Counted from the stretch's first letter, positions 18,377 through 28,986 are shown. The stretch: DNA of 64,000 nt from Synechococcus sp. (GCA_047285535.1 JBJBDC010000001.1:768136-832135), one strand, 5' to 3'. Notes: a model not told the origin generated them from the sequence alone. Numbers and translations: made by a program.

Positions 18377-20047
18377 TCAGCCCTGAGCCGGAAGCATCAG
18401 GATTTGAGAGGCATCGAGAATCTGGTTCAGCTCGCCTGAGTTGGGTGTAGTGAGCTCCAACACCGTCGACTTGTCTCCTCGCCAGACGATGCGAGCTGAA
18501 TTGAGCTTGATCCCGGCTTGCTGGCAGCGATGGGTGAGTGATCCAAGCGCACCAGCATGGTCGTCAATTTTCACCAGAGCTGAATCATTGCCAGCCTGGC
18601 TGAAATTCATCTGGCTGATCACAGAGGAGTCATGATCGCAGATCGCCACCCGCGCTGAGCCGTACTTGTTCTCATTGATCAGGAGATTGATTATCTCAAT
18701 CGCTCTGTCCCGTTCCTCCACAGTCAAGATCAGCAGGCAGCCCTCGTCGATCGAGGAGGACTTCATATCAAGGATTGAAATCCCGGCATTGCCCATGGCC
18801 GTTGCCACAGCATCAAGAAGATCAACACCGGAGCTGCCAATCAAGATGATCTCTTGCGAGGGCTGAGTTCGCTCGCCTGTCGAGCCAATCGGCACCAGGC
18901 GGCTTGATGATGGCTGACTTGCTGCTACGGGCTTGGCCTTGATGTCGGCCACCAAGCGATCCACCTGATCAGTGCTGACATTGGGCATGGTGATCAGATG
19001 CGATACAGGACCATGGGTTGCCAATTGCCAGGTCTCGACAACGGACTGCAATGGCCGGTCAAACACCACCGTGTTGGAGTAAGGGTGCCTCCAGGCATGT
19101 TGCCCAGCTTTGTTGAGTTCGCGAACGGCGTACTCAGCGCGCTCCAGGCACTGCTGAATGAGCTGGCAAAAGCCTGATTGACCAAACTTTTTGATCGCAT
19201 ACCAGAGAAATAGTGGGGCAATCCCGTTCCGTGATCCGGTCAAGGTGGTATCCATCGAGCCGATGTATTCCACGCTCTGCGCAATCCGCGTCATGTTGTC
19301 TTTTTTGGCCAAGACAACGCCGCATGGAATCGGTGAGCCGATCATCTTGTGGCCGCTAATGGAAAGGCTGTCGACGCCATGGGCAAAGTTCCAGGCTGGT
19401 GCATCGTTGACAAACGGCAGGATCATGCCGCTAAGCGCACAATCGGCATGCAGATATTTCCTGGGAATCGCCAGATCGTGAAAGATGGCGTTGATGCCAT
19501 CGATATCATCAACAGCGCCTTTCATCGTTGTGCCGACATTGGCACAAATGATCGGCGGGCTGGTGCGATTCAGTCGCAGGCTCTCGCGCAGATCATTGAG
19601 ATCCATTGTCCCGTCAGAGTTGGAGCGGATCATGATGCTTGGCAGGTTCAAGCAACGCAGAATTTTTCCAACGGAATAATGGGTTTCTTGTGAGTAGTAG
19701 ACGATGCCATCAGGCAGGATCTCCCGGGCCAGAAATAGGCCATAGTGGTTGCCTTCTGTGCCGCCATTGGTGACGTAACCCCAGGTTTTCCCAGCAGGAG
19801 CTTGGGTGAGCTCTTCAAAGAATTTCAGGACCTCAAGCTCAAAGCGATGGGTGTTGAGGTGATAGTTGCTGGGGACGTATGGGTCGCCAATGTTGTTAAT
19901 GGGATAGGTCAGAAACCGGTACAAGGCTTCGTAATTGAAGTCCCCATTGCAGGGATAGCCAATCAGCTTGTCTTTTTCGGCAATGAGATGGGCTTCAAAT
20001 TCGTTGAGTGTTGTCTGAATCGAATCAAGACCTTGATCAAAAGTCAT
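18377..20047 (-). CDS. PLP-dependent histidine/serine-type decarboxylase with C-terminal tandem ACT-like domains
   Basis: GYP, NNIGDP, GYVTNGGTEGN, HADCAL, SISGHK, TGSRNG; extra ~170-aa tail. Confidence 0.88.
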   Translation of the reverse strand: MTFDQGLDSIQTTLNEFEAHLIAEKDKLIGYPCNGDFNYEALYRFLTYPINNIGDPYVPSNYHLNTHRFELEVLKFFEELTQAPAGKTWGYVTNGGTEGNHYGLFLAREILPDGIVYYSQETHYSVGKILRCLNLPSIMIRSNSDGTMDLNDLRESLRLNRTSPPIICANVGTTMKGAVDDIDGINAIFHDLAIPRKYLHADCALSGMILPFVNDAPAWNFAHGVDSLSISGHKMIGSPIPCGVVLAKKDNMTRIAQSVEYIGSMDTTLTGSRNGIAPLFLWYAIKKFGQSGFCQLIQQCLERAEYAVRELNKAGQHAWRHPYSNTVVFDRPLQSVVETWQLATHGPVSHLITMPNVSTDQVDRLVADIKAKPVAASQPSSSRLVPIGSTGERTQPSQEIILIGSSGVDLLDAVATAMGNAGISILDMKSSSIDEGCLLILTVEERDRAIEIINLLINENKYGSARVAICDHDSSVISQMNFSQAGNDSALVKIDDHAGALGSLTHRCQQAGIKLNSARIVWRGDKSTVLELTTPNSGELNQILDASQILMLPAQG

Positions 20048-20215
20048 GGCAATCCAGCGGATGCATTCAGGTTGTCACCGCAGCTCAAGTAGGGAATTTT
20101 GAGTCGCCTGAGCCCAGGCTGAGAGTTTGCTGTGATGCCTCAGCCCGGCTTGTTGACAGCGACGAACGCCCAGATGGCTAGTCATTCAATGCTGTCTATT
20201 CAGGGCTGACCCTCC

Positions 20216-21889
20216 TTACGACGAACAGCTGTAGTGGGAGACACCACCAGCGTTGAAGAACTCGCGCGGCTTGAGCTGGTCGTAGCGAGCGAGCTCAGCA
20301 GGAGGGGCTTGGTAGGGCGTGCTGAACACCCGCTGCAGCTCCTTGATCAAGGTGGTGTCGCCCTCTCTGGCTTGCTCATAGGCCGGGGCTACCAGCCACT
20401 CGCGCCAGGTGATCGCTGGGTTGGCGCGTTTCATCACAGCTGAGGCACCATCCAGATCGCCTTGGCTCTCCAGTAGCGCACGCCAGCGCTGCAGCCAGCT
20501 GCTCCATTTGCCATCGAGCTCATCTGTGCTGCCCTCATAGAAGCTGGCTTTGAGCGGTTCGATCGTTTCGGGGATCTCGGAGAGCTGGCGGAAAAAGATC
20601 GTGTAATCCAGCTTCGAGGTCAACATCAGCCCCAGGAGTTCCTGCAACAGCTCAGGGGCTGGGGCGCTCATCAGGCCCAGCTTGCTGGCCCACATCGCAT
20701 TGATCGCGTCTGCCATCGCATCACCAAAGCCATCACGCACGGCATCGAGCTCGGCTTCTGCTGCGGTGTTGTCAGCCAGCAGCGGCCGAAGGGCCTTCCA
20801 GAACATCTGATAGTTGGCTTCTGCCGCCGATGGTTGGTTGAAGAAACAGAAGTGCTCGCCGCCGCCAGTCCAAGGCTGGAAGCGCAGATCAAACAGTTCG
20901 CAGAACCCAAAGGGGCCGTAGTCGAGCGTGAAGCCACCGGCGGCGCAGTTGTCGCTGTTGAAGTTGCCTTGGCAGTAGCCAACCCGTATCCAGTTGGCGA
21001 CCAGAGCTGTGAGCCGGCCGCGGAACAACCGCGCCAGCTCCACCACCTGATCAGCAAACGGCAGGTTTGGATCGATCTCCCCTTGGTAGTTCCGCTCGAT
21101 CAGGTGCTCCACGATCATCCGCAGCTCGTTCATCGCCTCGGGGTGGGCATTGCTGCGGGCGCGGCGGGCAAACAACTCGAGCTGACCTACGCGCAAAAAC
21201 GATGGGGCCACGCGGGTGCTGATCGCCGCTGGGTTGTCCACCAGGATGTCGGGATCAAAGGAGCGTGAGTTCTCCGAATACCAGGGCCGCCGCACGTTCT
21301 CAGCGCGCGACATATAGAGCGTCAAAGAGCGCGAGGTGGGCACGCCCAACGCATGCATCAGCTCTTGGGCCAGAAACTCCCTAACGCTGGAGCGCAGCAC
21401 AGCGCGACCATCAGCGCCGCGGCAATAGGGGGTGGGGCCGCCACCCTTGAGTTGCATCTCCCAGCGTTTGCCGTTGAAGACGCCTTCAAAAATCGAGATC
21501 GCCCGCCCATCGCCGTAGCCATTGCCCGTACCAAAGGGACATTGCTGGATGTATTCGGTGCCGTAGATCGAGAGGGCATAGCCCGTGGCCCAGCCATAGG
21601 GCCGCATGGGGGCAGTGGCCACACGGCTATCACCACTGAAGAGGCGTTGAAACTGCTCGTCTTGGGCTAGCCCATCGCTGAGGCCCAGCTCCTTAAAAAG
21701 CTCGCTGCTGTGGGCCAGGTATTCCGGTTCAGGAATCGCCGTTGGCGTCACCGGCACGTAGTGACCGGAGTACACCTGCCTGAGCACATGATCATCTCCA
21801 TCGCTGCTGGCCTCGGGGTCGGCCCGCAGCGATTGCATCAAGGAGTAGTCGGCCTGTTGGCTGAATTCCACGAAGCTGGATGTGGTCAT
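20216..21889 (-). CDS. selO: Protein adenylyltransferase SelO (YdiU family)
   Basis: [43 protein letters not shown]-terminal SCSS. Confidence 0.92.
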   Translation of the reverse strand: MTTSSFVEFSQQADYSLMQSLRADPEASSDGDDHVLRQVYSGHYVPVTPTAIPEPEYLAHSSELFKELGLSDGLAQDEQFQRLFSGDSRVATAPMRPYGWATGYALSIYGTEYIQQCPFGTGNGYGDGRAISIFEGVFNGKRWEMQLKGGGPTPYCRGADGRAVLRSSVREFLAQELMHALGVPTSRSLTLYMSRAENVRRPWYSENSRSFDPDILVDNPAAISTRVAPSFLRVGQLELFARRARSNAHPEAMNELRMIVEHLIERNYQGEIDPNLPFADQVVELARLFRGRLTALVANWIRVGYCQGNFNSDNCAAGGFTLDYGPFGFCELFDLRFQPWTGGGEHFCFFNQPSAAEANYQMFWKALRPLLADNTAAEAELDAVRDGFGDAMADAINAMWASKLGLMSAPAPELLQELLGLMLTSKLDYTIFFRQLSEIPETIEPLKASFYEGSTDELDGKWSSWLQRWRALLESQGDLDGASAVMKRANPAITWREWLVAPAYEQAREGDTTLIKELQRVFSTPYQAPPAELARYDQLKPREFFNAGGVSHYSCSS

Positions 21890-21970
21890 GACACTGAGCT
21901 CTTCAAGACCATCATCAGCTTCATTGAGGAGTTCTGTGCCACTCCACCACGGTGATGGTTATCCCATGGG

Positions 21971-22315
21971 TTAGGCCGTATGTCGTTTGGGATATAAATG
22001 AGCCCAACTCTCAGCCGCCATGTTGTCCGTCACTACAAGCTGGTAGGCCTGGCTGGTCAAGATTTCTGCCACAGCTTCTGCAGGACGTTGTACTGATCGA
22101 CTTGCTGGAAGTTGTTGACTGAGGACTTGATGCATGCGCATCAAGTACCAGGCAGTGCTGTCTAAACCAGCATTGAACTTCGACCACATGTCTTGATTTC
22201 TGCGGGCATTCAGAATCATGTCTGCAGCGTTGTGAGCTTGATCAGCCGCTGTCACAAGCAAGGATTCGACAGGTTTGTGAGCTGGAGATTCAAGATGAAG
22301 AGTTTTTCTAAACAT
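21971..22315 (-). CDS. Hypothetical protein
   Basis: 114-aa ORF, lower GC than its neighbours. Confidence 0.55.
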   Translation of the reverse strand: MFRKTLHLESPAHKPVESLLVTAADQAHNAADMILNARRNQDMWSKFNAGLDSTAWYLMRMHQVLSQQLPASRSVQRPAEAVAEILTSQAYQLVVTDNMAAESWAHLYPKRHTA

Positions 22316-22462
22316 CCATGGCTCCTTCTCTCCGGATAGAACGTCCTACAAAGCCACTCTTTTGATTCGAGTTTTCCAGGTCAATTCTGATTTTCTATCC
22401 CCTATACGGGAGATGTCTAAGGGGCAAGTCAAGAAGAACCTGGCGACAGCAAAATTCTCTCA

Positions 22463-22750
22463 ATGGCTCCTGTTCTGCTTTTCATCACCGGCGTGCTCGC
22501 TGGGTTGATTGCCGGCTTCATCCTCAGCCGGATGTTTGGCCGAAGCAGAATCGGTGATGGCTCTAGTGAGATCCGGTTGTTGAAAGAACGCCTCCTGAAG
22601 GCCGATCAGGGCCTGACGCAATTCAGTCAAAAGCTGGAATCGCAAAGCTCGGAGCTCCGAGCAGCGCAACAGCAGGCCCAATCACCACGGTTCGCCACTG
22701 GTGCCAACTGGCGCGCAACGTCTCCGTTGAGCAACATACGGCGAGTCTGA
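22463..22750 (+). pseudogene. TM + coiled-coil fragment, probably a truncated RmuC-like N-terminus
   Basis: TM followed by RLLKERLLKADQGL..FSQKLESQ; the coiled coil breaks off near 22680; family recalled from memory. Confidence 0.4.
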
Positions 22751-22761
22751 CCAGGCCGCTG

Positions 22762-24000
22762 ATGCGCTCAGGATTTCTCAAAGCCCTCGGACCGGGAATT
22801 GTTCTGTCGGCGGCATCGATCGGTGGTTCCCATCTGGTCGCCTCAACCCAGGCGGGAGCTCTCTACGGATTGGGTCTGTTGGGGTTGCTGCTTCTCGCCA
22901 ACCTTTTCAAATATCCCTTTCTGTTGATCGGCAGCCGTTTCACCGCAGTAACCGGCCGCAGTCTTTTGGAGGGCTATCAGCACCAGAGCCCATGGTTTCT
23001 ACCGCTCTACCTGCTGATCACCCTCAGCACGGGAGTTGCCAACATCGCAGCTGTCAGCTCCTTGGCTGGCAGCTTGGCGACTGCGTTGGTTCCAGGCTCC
23101 CCGCAGGCTCTGGGATTACTGGCACTGTCGATCTGCCTAGTGGTGTTGCTGCTGGGGCAATACCGCAGCCTGGATCGGCTCAGTAAGGCAGTCGTGGCTC
23201 TACTGGTTTTGTGCACCCTGGTGGCAGCTGTGGCGACCTTGATCCGTGGCCCAGCCGCTGGTTTTGCCGTGATGTTCACCCCCAGCCCCTGGACCTGGGG
23301 CTCCTTGCCGTTTCTGGTTGCTCTGTTGGGGTGGATGCCATGCCCGCTGGATCTGTCCGCCTGGACATCGCTTTGGATTTATGCCCGAGAACAGGATTCA
23401 GGCCATACAAGCAGCCGCTCTGAAGTGGAGGCTGATTTCAACATCGGTTATGCCGCGACGGTGCTGATGGCGGTGTTGTTTCTGGTGCTGGGAGCGTGGG
23501 TGATGCATGGCACCGGGACGGAGTTTTCCCAGGCTGGAGCAGCCTTCTCCCAGCAGCTCATCGAGCTTTACACCGTCAGCTTGGGAGCTTGGGCCTATCT
23601 CTTGATTGCACTGGCAGCGCTGTTGACGATGTTCAGCACGGTGCTCACCTGCCTTGATGGCTACCCGCGCTCGGCGTCTGCATCGGTTCGATTGCTGCAA
23701 GGTCATCGCGGCATGGCCGTGCTGAACAACAGCAACCAGCGGCTTTGGATGCTGCTGCATTTCGCCTTGGCCTCTGCTGTCCTTCTGTGGTGGTCTGGTT
23801 CGATGGGTGCGCTGGTCACCTTGGCGATGTGGGTGTCGTTTGTGACCACACCGGTTCTGGCATGGATGAATTGGCGGGTGATGCAGAGCCGTCAAGTTGC
23901 CCCTCAAGACCGATTTGGCCCGGCCATGAGCTGTTTGGCTGCGATCAGTCTCGGCGTGCTGAGCCTGTTTGTTGTTCTTTTCGGAATCAGCATTGTTTGA
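22762..24000 (+). CDS. NRAMP-like divalent metal transporter
   Basis: LGPGI..AASIGGSHLV.STQAGA, GWMP.PLD, MFST.LT.LDGYPR; about 11 TM segments. Confidence 0.85.
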   Translation: MRSGFLKALGPGIVLSAASIGGSHLVASTQAGALYGLGLLGLLLLANLFKYPFLLIGSRFTAVTGRSLLEGYQHQSPWFLPLYLLITLSTGVANIAAVSSLAGSLATALVPGSPQALGLLALSICLVVLLLGQYRSLDRLSKAVVALLVLCTLVAAVATLIRGPAAGFAVMFTPSPWTWGSLPFLVALLGWMPCPLDLSAWTSLWIYAREQDSGHTSSRSEVEADFNIGYAATVLMAVLFLVLGAWVMHGTGTEFSQAGAAFSQQLIELYTVSLGAWAYLLIALAALLTMFSTVLTCLDGYPRSASASVRLLQGHRGMAVLNNSNQRLWMLLHFALASAVLLWWSGSMGALVTLAMWVSFVTTPVLAWMNWRVMQSRQVAPQDRFGPAMSCLAAISLGVLSLFVVLFGISIV

Positions 24001-24453
24001 GGTTCAGGAGTGCGCAGTTTTTCTTCCCAGCGCTTGTGTTCTGTGAACTGGATGGTTCTGCTTCAGTTCGCCAAACGGATATCCGGGCCACCACCTTTGC
24101 GGGAGGAAGGTGGGGTGAGGCGGCGGCCATTGATGGTGCCTATCGCCGACAGCAGTAACCAAATGAGTCGCGACAACATTGCGGCGTTGGAACCCGCCTG
24201 GGCGGCGAAGAATGGCCGGCTCCTGTCAGTTCTGTTGCAACCGCGACAGGCGGAAGGGCATGAGAACGGGAATGATCAGCACAGTTATTTTTTGACCGAT
24301 GGGATTCCTTGCTGTTGCTGGTTGCATGCTTTTGGCCACTGCCATGTCCACAGCTTTGACCAGCAAGCCTTCGAAAGCCTGAGGTTGGGAGGGGGCGAGC
24401 TTGTCGGCGGCCCCCAACAGATCAGGCCAGCTTCAAAACAAAGCGCTGAACAG

Positions 24454-24500
24454 ACCTAGGTAAAACCTAGGTTTTTTTGTACTCCTGGGTACTAAGTATT
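24454..24500. repeat. Short phased direct repeats ACCTAGGT x2 and GTACT x2
   Basis: acctaggtaaaacctaggt ... gtactcctgggtactaagtatt. Confidence 0.75.
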
Positions 24501-24559
24501 AATGCCTGATTGCTTGTCGAATGGGTGTTCGTGCGTCGCGATCCAGGCATGCCACCGAT

Positions 24560-24696
24560 GCGGCAACCGGCGTGGCCAGTGATGCTGTTTAGCGCCGGGG
24601 TGGGTGGTTTGGCCCTGGCCTGATCCATTCCTCTGCAGAATCAGTGCATTGATGGGGAGCTTGGTGGCTGGAGCTGGTGTGAATCCTGCTGATCAG
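24560..24696 (+). repeat. ~137-bp displaced copy of the DUF4336 leader and first 12 codons
   Basis: Matches 33661-33799; the start ATG is TTG at 24661. Confidence 0.95.
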
Positions 24697-25345
24697 GGCT
24701 TGCTTGGTGTTTTGCATTGGTCTCAGACAGCATTGCCAACAACCATTCGATCCGTTGGAGACGTTGATCGAGCTTCGTTTCAAGGCTGGTGAGCCGTTCT
24801 TCGAATTTCGTTTCACTGAGAGCCTTGCTCCGGCTGCAACTCGTGGTGGCTTTAACAGGCCAGGTACCGCTTTGATAGGTCTGAACAATCACCGCCCAGG
24901 TCGGTTTTTTAGGAGCGGGTCCGATTTGGCTTTCAATCCAAGCCTTTGCCTCCGCAACCTTGCCGAAGCGCTTTTCTGCGCTTGCTGCGCAGTCAGTCCG
25001 GACAAATCCTTTGGAAATCACTGGTGTAGCGAATGCCTTTGCATTCGATCTGGGGCTGGATCGCATTGGTGCTCAATGTCGTTATTGAACGATCGAGTTG
25101 ATCAGGATTGGCTTGCTGGAGATCCCCTTCCATTGCGCACTTTGTTGAACTTCAAGCCTTTTTTCTACAGAAGCCAACAGGGAATTTGCACTGCTTCTCA
25201 GCATGAACTCAGTGAACTTTGAGGAAAGAGTCTTGGCATCTTTCGTCCTATTCATCGACACTACAGGAGCCTGATTCAATCCGTTGGTATTGATTGCCAT
25301 AGCTAGTAGCTACACCGCTCGCGATCCGAGCACCACAACCTCCCA
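24697..25345 (-). pseudogene. Internally deleted copy of the coiled-coil gene pair (6020-7040) and its upstream region
   Basis: Matches ~6049-6331 joined to ~6885-7250; ~550-bp deletion. Confidence 0.9.
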
Positions 25346-25696
25346 GTTGAGATGTATCGCTGGGTTGTCAGGCACAGATCCACTACATCGGTGCTAGAGA
25401 ATCCATCGACATCCATGGTGTTATCAAGATCCCAGTGGTCTCTTGCTGCCAAGCAGGCAACTTCCCATTTCAGGATCATGGCGTGATTGTTTTGAGGGTC
25501 TATTAATGTCGGAGTCTGGTCTTCTTACACAACAAAGCCCTGATATCCAGTTGGCCAATTGCCTTTGGCGTTGCTTGATGCACGTCGACCAACACCCGCG
25601 ATCACCAGGCGCATCCACTGGAATAACCGCTGGATCGAAGCCCTGCGGCAGGACAGAGTCGATGACTGAGCTGCAGCAGTCGATGGGAGCGCTGGG

Positions 25697-27292
25697 ATGA
25701 ACAGCGCACTTGGCATCGTTGTGGCGTCGGTGGCTGCATTCACTGGTGGCATCCTCATCCACCGGTTACTTCAGCAGCAAAGACGCCAGAACAGCACTCA
25801 CACACCCACAAAAGGGCCGACTCAGCAGCAGGAAGCAGCCGCCAGGCCAGCAACCGGACTGGTGATGCCGTCGCAGCATGTGCCGCTTCCCGAAGCACCT
25901 GCCAGACCAGCAGCAGCAATGACTTCCTCGGCAGCGGTGCCGCCTGCGCCGGAGCGTGGCCCGCTGGTCGTTCGGCTGCACTACCGCAGGAGCGGAGGAG
26001 ACATCGGTGAATACAAGGGGACCATGCTGAGCCGCAGGCCCGATGACGCCGGGATGCGGCTCGTCAACCTGAGGCTGGACGGCGAGAGATTCGTGAAGCC
26101 ATTCCTGATGGAGCGCATGCTTCGCCTTGAACTGGTCGAGCACAACCGGATCATCGAAGGTGCCGAGTCCATCCAGAACGAACTGCTGCGGCGACTGGAG
26201 ATCGGTCGTCGACGCCGGAAAGCGGATCCCCGCCCGAAGACCACATCATCCTCGGCATCCACTGCATCTTCAGCTACTGCATCATCAGCTGCGGTTGCAC
26301 CTGCCCCTGAACAACAACTCAGTGAGCTGCTGCCTGAGGGCGCACGCGGCTTCGCGGTGTTTGACCTGGAAACAACCGCTCTCAGCATCCACAGCGCACG
26401 GATCGTGGAGATCGCCCTGGTGCTTGTCGATCCTGATGGTTCGGTGACGGATGAATGGGTCAGCCTGATCAATCCAGAGGAATCGATCGGTAACAGCAGC
26501 ATTCACGGAATCAGCGATGCCATGGTGCGTTCAGCCCCTGTTTTCGCAGCGCTGGCACAGACAATCGCCAACCATCTGCATGGCCGCGTGCCGGTTGCCC
26601 ACAACCTGAACAGCTACGACCTGCCGATCCTGAAACGGCATTTCGCAGAGGTGCCCGGTCTGACAATTGAGCTCGGTGACGGCATCGACACGATGCCTCA
26701 CCCTCGCCGCAAACTCAGCACCCTGTGCAGACAACACGGCATCGAGCTGAAGGATGACGATGCCCATACAGCGCTTGGCGACACCAGGGCACTAGCCGCT
26801 CTGCTGTGCAGCAAACCTGGTCATCTAAGGCCTGCAAGCGTTGCCGCATCAACCGCTGGCGCCTTCCCTCCCCTTGGAGACAGCGCAGCACTGACGCGCT
26901 CGGATTCGAACAGAGCACAGGATCAGCAGCCGCAGCCGGCACAGCCGAAAACCAGAACAGGTGAATGGGTCATCCATTCGCTGGATCTCAAGCCAGGTCT
27001 GGAATTCATGGCAACAGGGCCCAAATCAAAGGGTGTCGACACGGAAATCCGCCGGGGCGAGGCCCACGGAGAACAACTTGGTCTGCACTACAAAAAACGG
27101 AACAACATCCCTAAACGGACCCCGCCCGCTTTCCTGCTCAGCACAAGCCTCAGGCTTGCGACCTGCAAGATGCGCGAAGCCCGCGAGCAGGGTCTAGCGG
27201 TTGTGACGGTGGCTGATCTGATGCGTTGCGCATGCGGCGATTCAGTGCGTGCCCATCGCTGGTGCGCCGATGGAAGCCCAGGCGATGGCTGA
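25697..27292 (+). CDS. Membrane-anchored WYL-like + DEDDh 3'-5' exonuclease + BRCT-like protein
   Basis: N-terminal TM; Pro/Ala linker; LHYRRSGG...KPFLMERM; FDLETT, AHNLNSYD, AHTALGD; FMATG...KMREAREQGLAVV. Confidence 0.85.
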   Translation: MNSALGIVVASVAAFTGGILIHRLLQQQRRQNSTHTPTKGPTQQQEAAARPATGLVMPSQHVPLPEAPARPAAAMTSSAAVPPAPERGPLVVRLHYRRSGGDIGEYKGTMLSRRPDDAGMRLVNLRLDGERFVKPFLMERMLRLELVEHNRIIEGAESIQNELLRRLEIGRRRRKADPRPKTTSSSASTASSATASSAAVAPAPEQQLSELLPEGARGFAVFDLETTALSIHSARIVEIALVLVDPDGSVTDEWVSLINPEESIGNSSIHGISDAMVRSAPVFAALAQTIANHLHGRVPVAHNLNSYDLPILKRHFAEVPGLTIELGDGIDTMPHPRRKLSTLCRQHGIELKDDDAHTALGDTRALAALLCSKPGHLRPASVAASTAGAFPPLGDSAALTRSDSNRAQDQQPQPAQPKTRTGEWVIHSLDLKPGLEFMATGPKSKGVDTEIRRGEAHGEQLGLHYKKRNNIPKRTPPAFLLSTSLRLATCKMREAREQGLAVVTVADLMRCACGDSVRAHRWCADGSPGDG

Positions 27293-28112
27293 GAACAGCC
27301 GCAAAAAATGGATTGTGCTCGGAATACTGATCTGCCTCCCTGTGCTTCTGGCACTCTGGCCACTGACGCTGACCGCCGGGCTGATCGCCTTTGGCGTGAA
27401 AAGCCTGAGGCACCATCGCGAACTGATGCTGCAGGAAAACGTGGCGGCCTGGTTGGCCAGGCGAAAAGGTTCTTACTGCCGATACGGTAACCGCCACGGT
27501 CTGATTGAGGCGTTGACGCTGCGCGGACCCGTTAGCAGCAGGGAGCTGGTGCTGAATCTGAAACTGCTGGAAGCCGATGGGAGTGGCGCCAGCTTTACCC
27601 CCCTTGAGCTACCTCTGCCCGGCGCAGCCTTCCCTCACCAGGCCTGGGCTGTGGCCTTGAACAGACAGCTGCGTTCGCTGGACGTGGAGCTGGTTAACGA
27701 CATGGCGGTGGAACACGAGGCAATGCAAACCGCAGAGGCCTGGTTTAAGGAGCTGATCTGGACCCGTGAAGCCCTCGGCACGTTGGAGCAAATGGAGACC
27801 GACCTGCGGCAGACACTGAAACTGGCTCCCGGCAATGATCTGCTGGAACCTGGAATACCTCAGCTGAAGGAAGCAGAGCAGCGGTTGATCGGCGAACGTC
27901 AGCAGCTGACGGCAGCACTCAATGAATCCCTTAAAGTGCTGAGGCAGCTCGTGGATTTCCTGTCCGTTCCGAAGAGTGTGCGCAGCTTGCTCAACTTCGA
28001 TCCCCACCGACTGCATGATCCCGGGCGACTCAGAGAGCTGCGCCGCTCCTTCAATGACCTGGTGATGCTGAACGACGTGTTCCGAGAGCTTTCATCGCAG
28101 AAACTGATCTGA
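27285..28112 (+). CDS. Hypothetical membrane protein with coiled-coil C-terminus, coupled to the exonuclease
   Basis: ATG overlaps the exonuclease stop (ATGGCTGA); N-terminal hydrophobic hairpin. Confidence 0.75.
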   Translation: MAENSRKKWIVLGILICLPVLLALWPLTLTAGLIAFGVKSLRHHRELMLQENVAAWLARRKGSYCRYGNRHGLIEALTLRGPVSSRELVLNLKLLEADGSGASFTPLELPLPGAAFPHQAWAVALNRQLRSLDVELVNDMAVEHEAMQTAEAWFKELIWTREALGTLEQMETDLRQTLKLAPGNDLLEPGIPQLKEAEQRLIGERQQLTAALNESLKVLRQLVDFLSVPKSVRSLLNFDPHRLHDPGRLRELRRSFNDLVMLNDVFRELSSQKLI

Positions 28113-28329
28113 GCCTGAAGTGGCTCTGGGTAGAGGAGAACTCCTCCAACGTTTAAACGCTCCATCTAACAAAGCAACTTCAGGCCACGAAGCCACGTAA
28201 TTTGCCCCAGAGGAACTTTGCTAATTCAGCAGGGATTCCTCAACTTTCTCGCGGATTGCTCCCAAAAGACCTCTAATCGACTTTCAGTCGGTGGAGAGTC
28301 CTCAGCTCCAGCGATCATTGCGGATCTGT

Positions 28330-28986
28330 AAGAGGTTTGAGAGCGCTCCCAAAGGCCCAGGATGATGCGGTGTATTTCTGCGGGGTCGACCGGTTATCCC
28401 TGCACTGCTGCTGGTTCCTTGTAAGCGTTTTCTTGACCCGGATTCAGTCTTTTCCCATCCGTTGCGCTATCCACAAGAGGCATGCCGCAGAGATGGAATC
28501 GCGCCGGCTTCTGGCTTCTCCTGGCCAATGTTGGATCCATTTCATTAGGTTTTCACAGCTGGTGGCTCGACCGTTCTGATCGCTGAGCCATTGCACGCAG
28601 GATTTCACCCTTCGTGCAGCATGTTTCTCGGAATTTGCCGAGGCTTCGATTCGGTTCAGTCCTTTCCGCTGATAGACGCCCAATGAACTTCGTACTGGAC
28701 CGCCTGCGTTGCGCCTGATGTCTTTGTCGAAGTTCGCCAGTGCCTGGTCGACTGCTCTTGAGATCGCAACATCGGGATCTTCGGAGGTGGAGGTCAGCTT
28801 CAGCCACTTCTGATCGCCCGATCCGTGAGCTCGGGTGTTGAAGGAGAGGTCGATCAGGTCTTCCCCTGACGGCCTGGTTTTTCGTCGTAACGAGAGGCCG
28901 TATCGATCAGAGTGAATGGGACGGAGATACTTGGAGAGTCACTTCAGCCTTGCGTTGTTACGGCGTTGCCCAGTCGTCTCTGTCAT
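28330..28986 (-). pseudogene. Decayed tyrosine recombinase/integrase N-terminal part, catalytic domain missing
   Basis: ATG 28986, TGA at codon 16, then ~165 open codons (GLSLRRKTRPSGEDLIDLSF...LMKWIQHWPGEARSRRDSISAACLLW), then a frameshift to ...AYKEP..*PVDPAEIHRII; resembles arm-binding plus core-binding regions of cyanobacterial integrases. Confidence 0.55.

Noticed and set aside
20216..20240. Selenocysteine in SelO
   Set aside because: The C-terminus is TGT-encoded Cys (SCSS) with a TAA stop.
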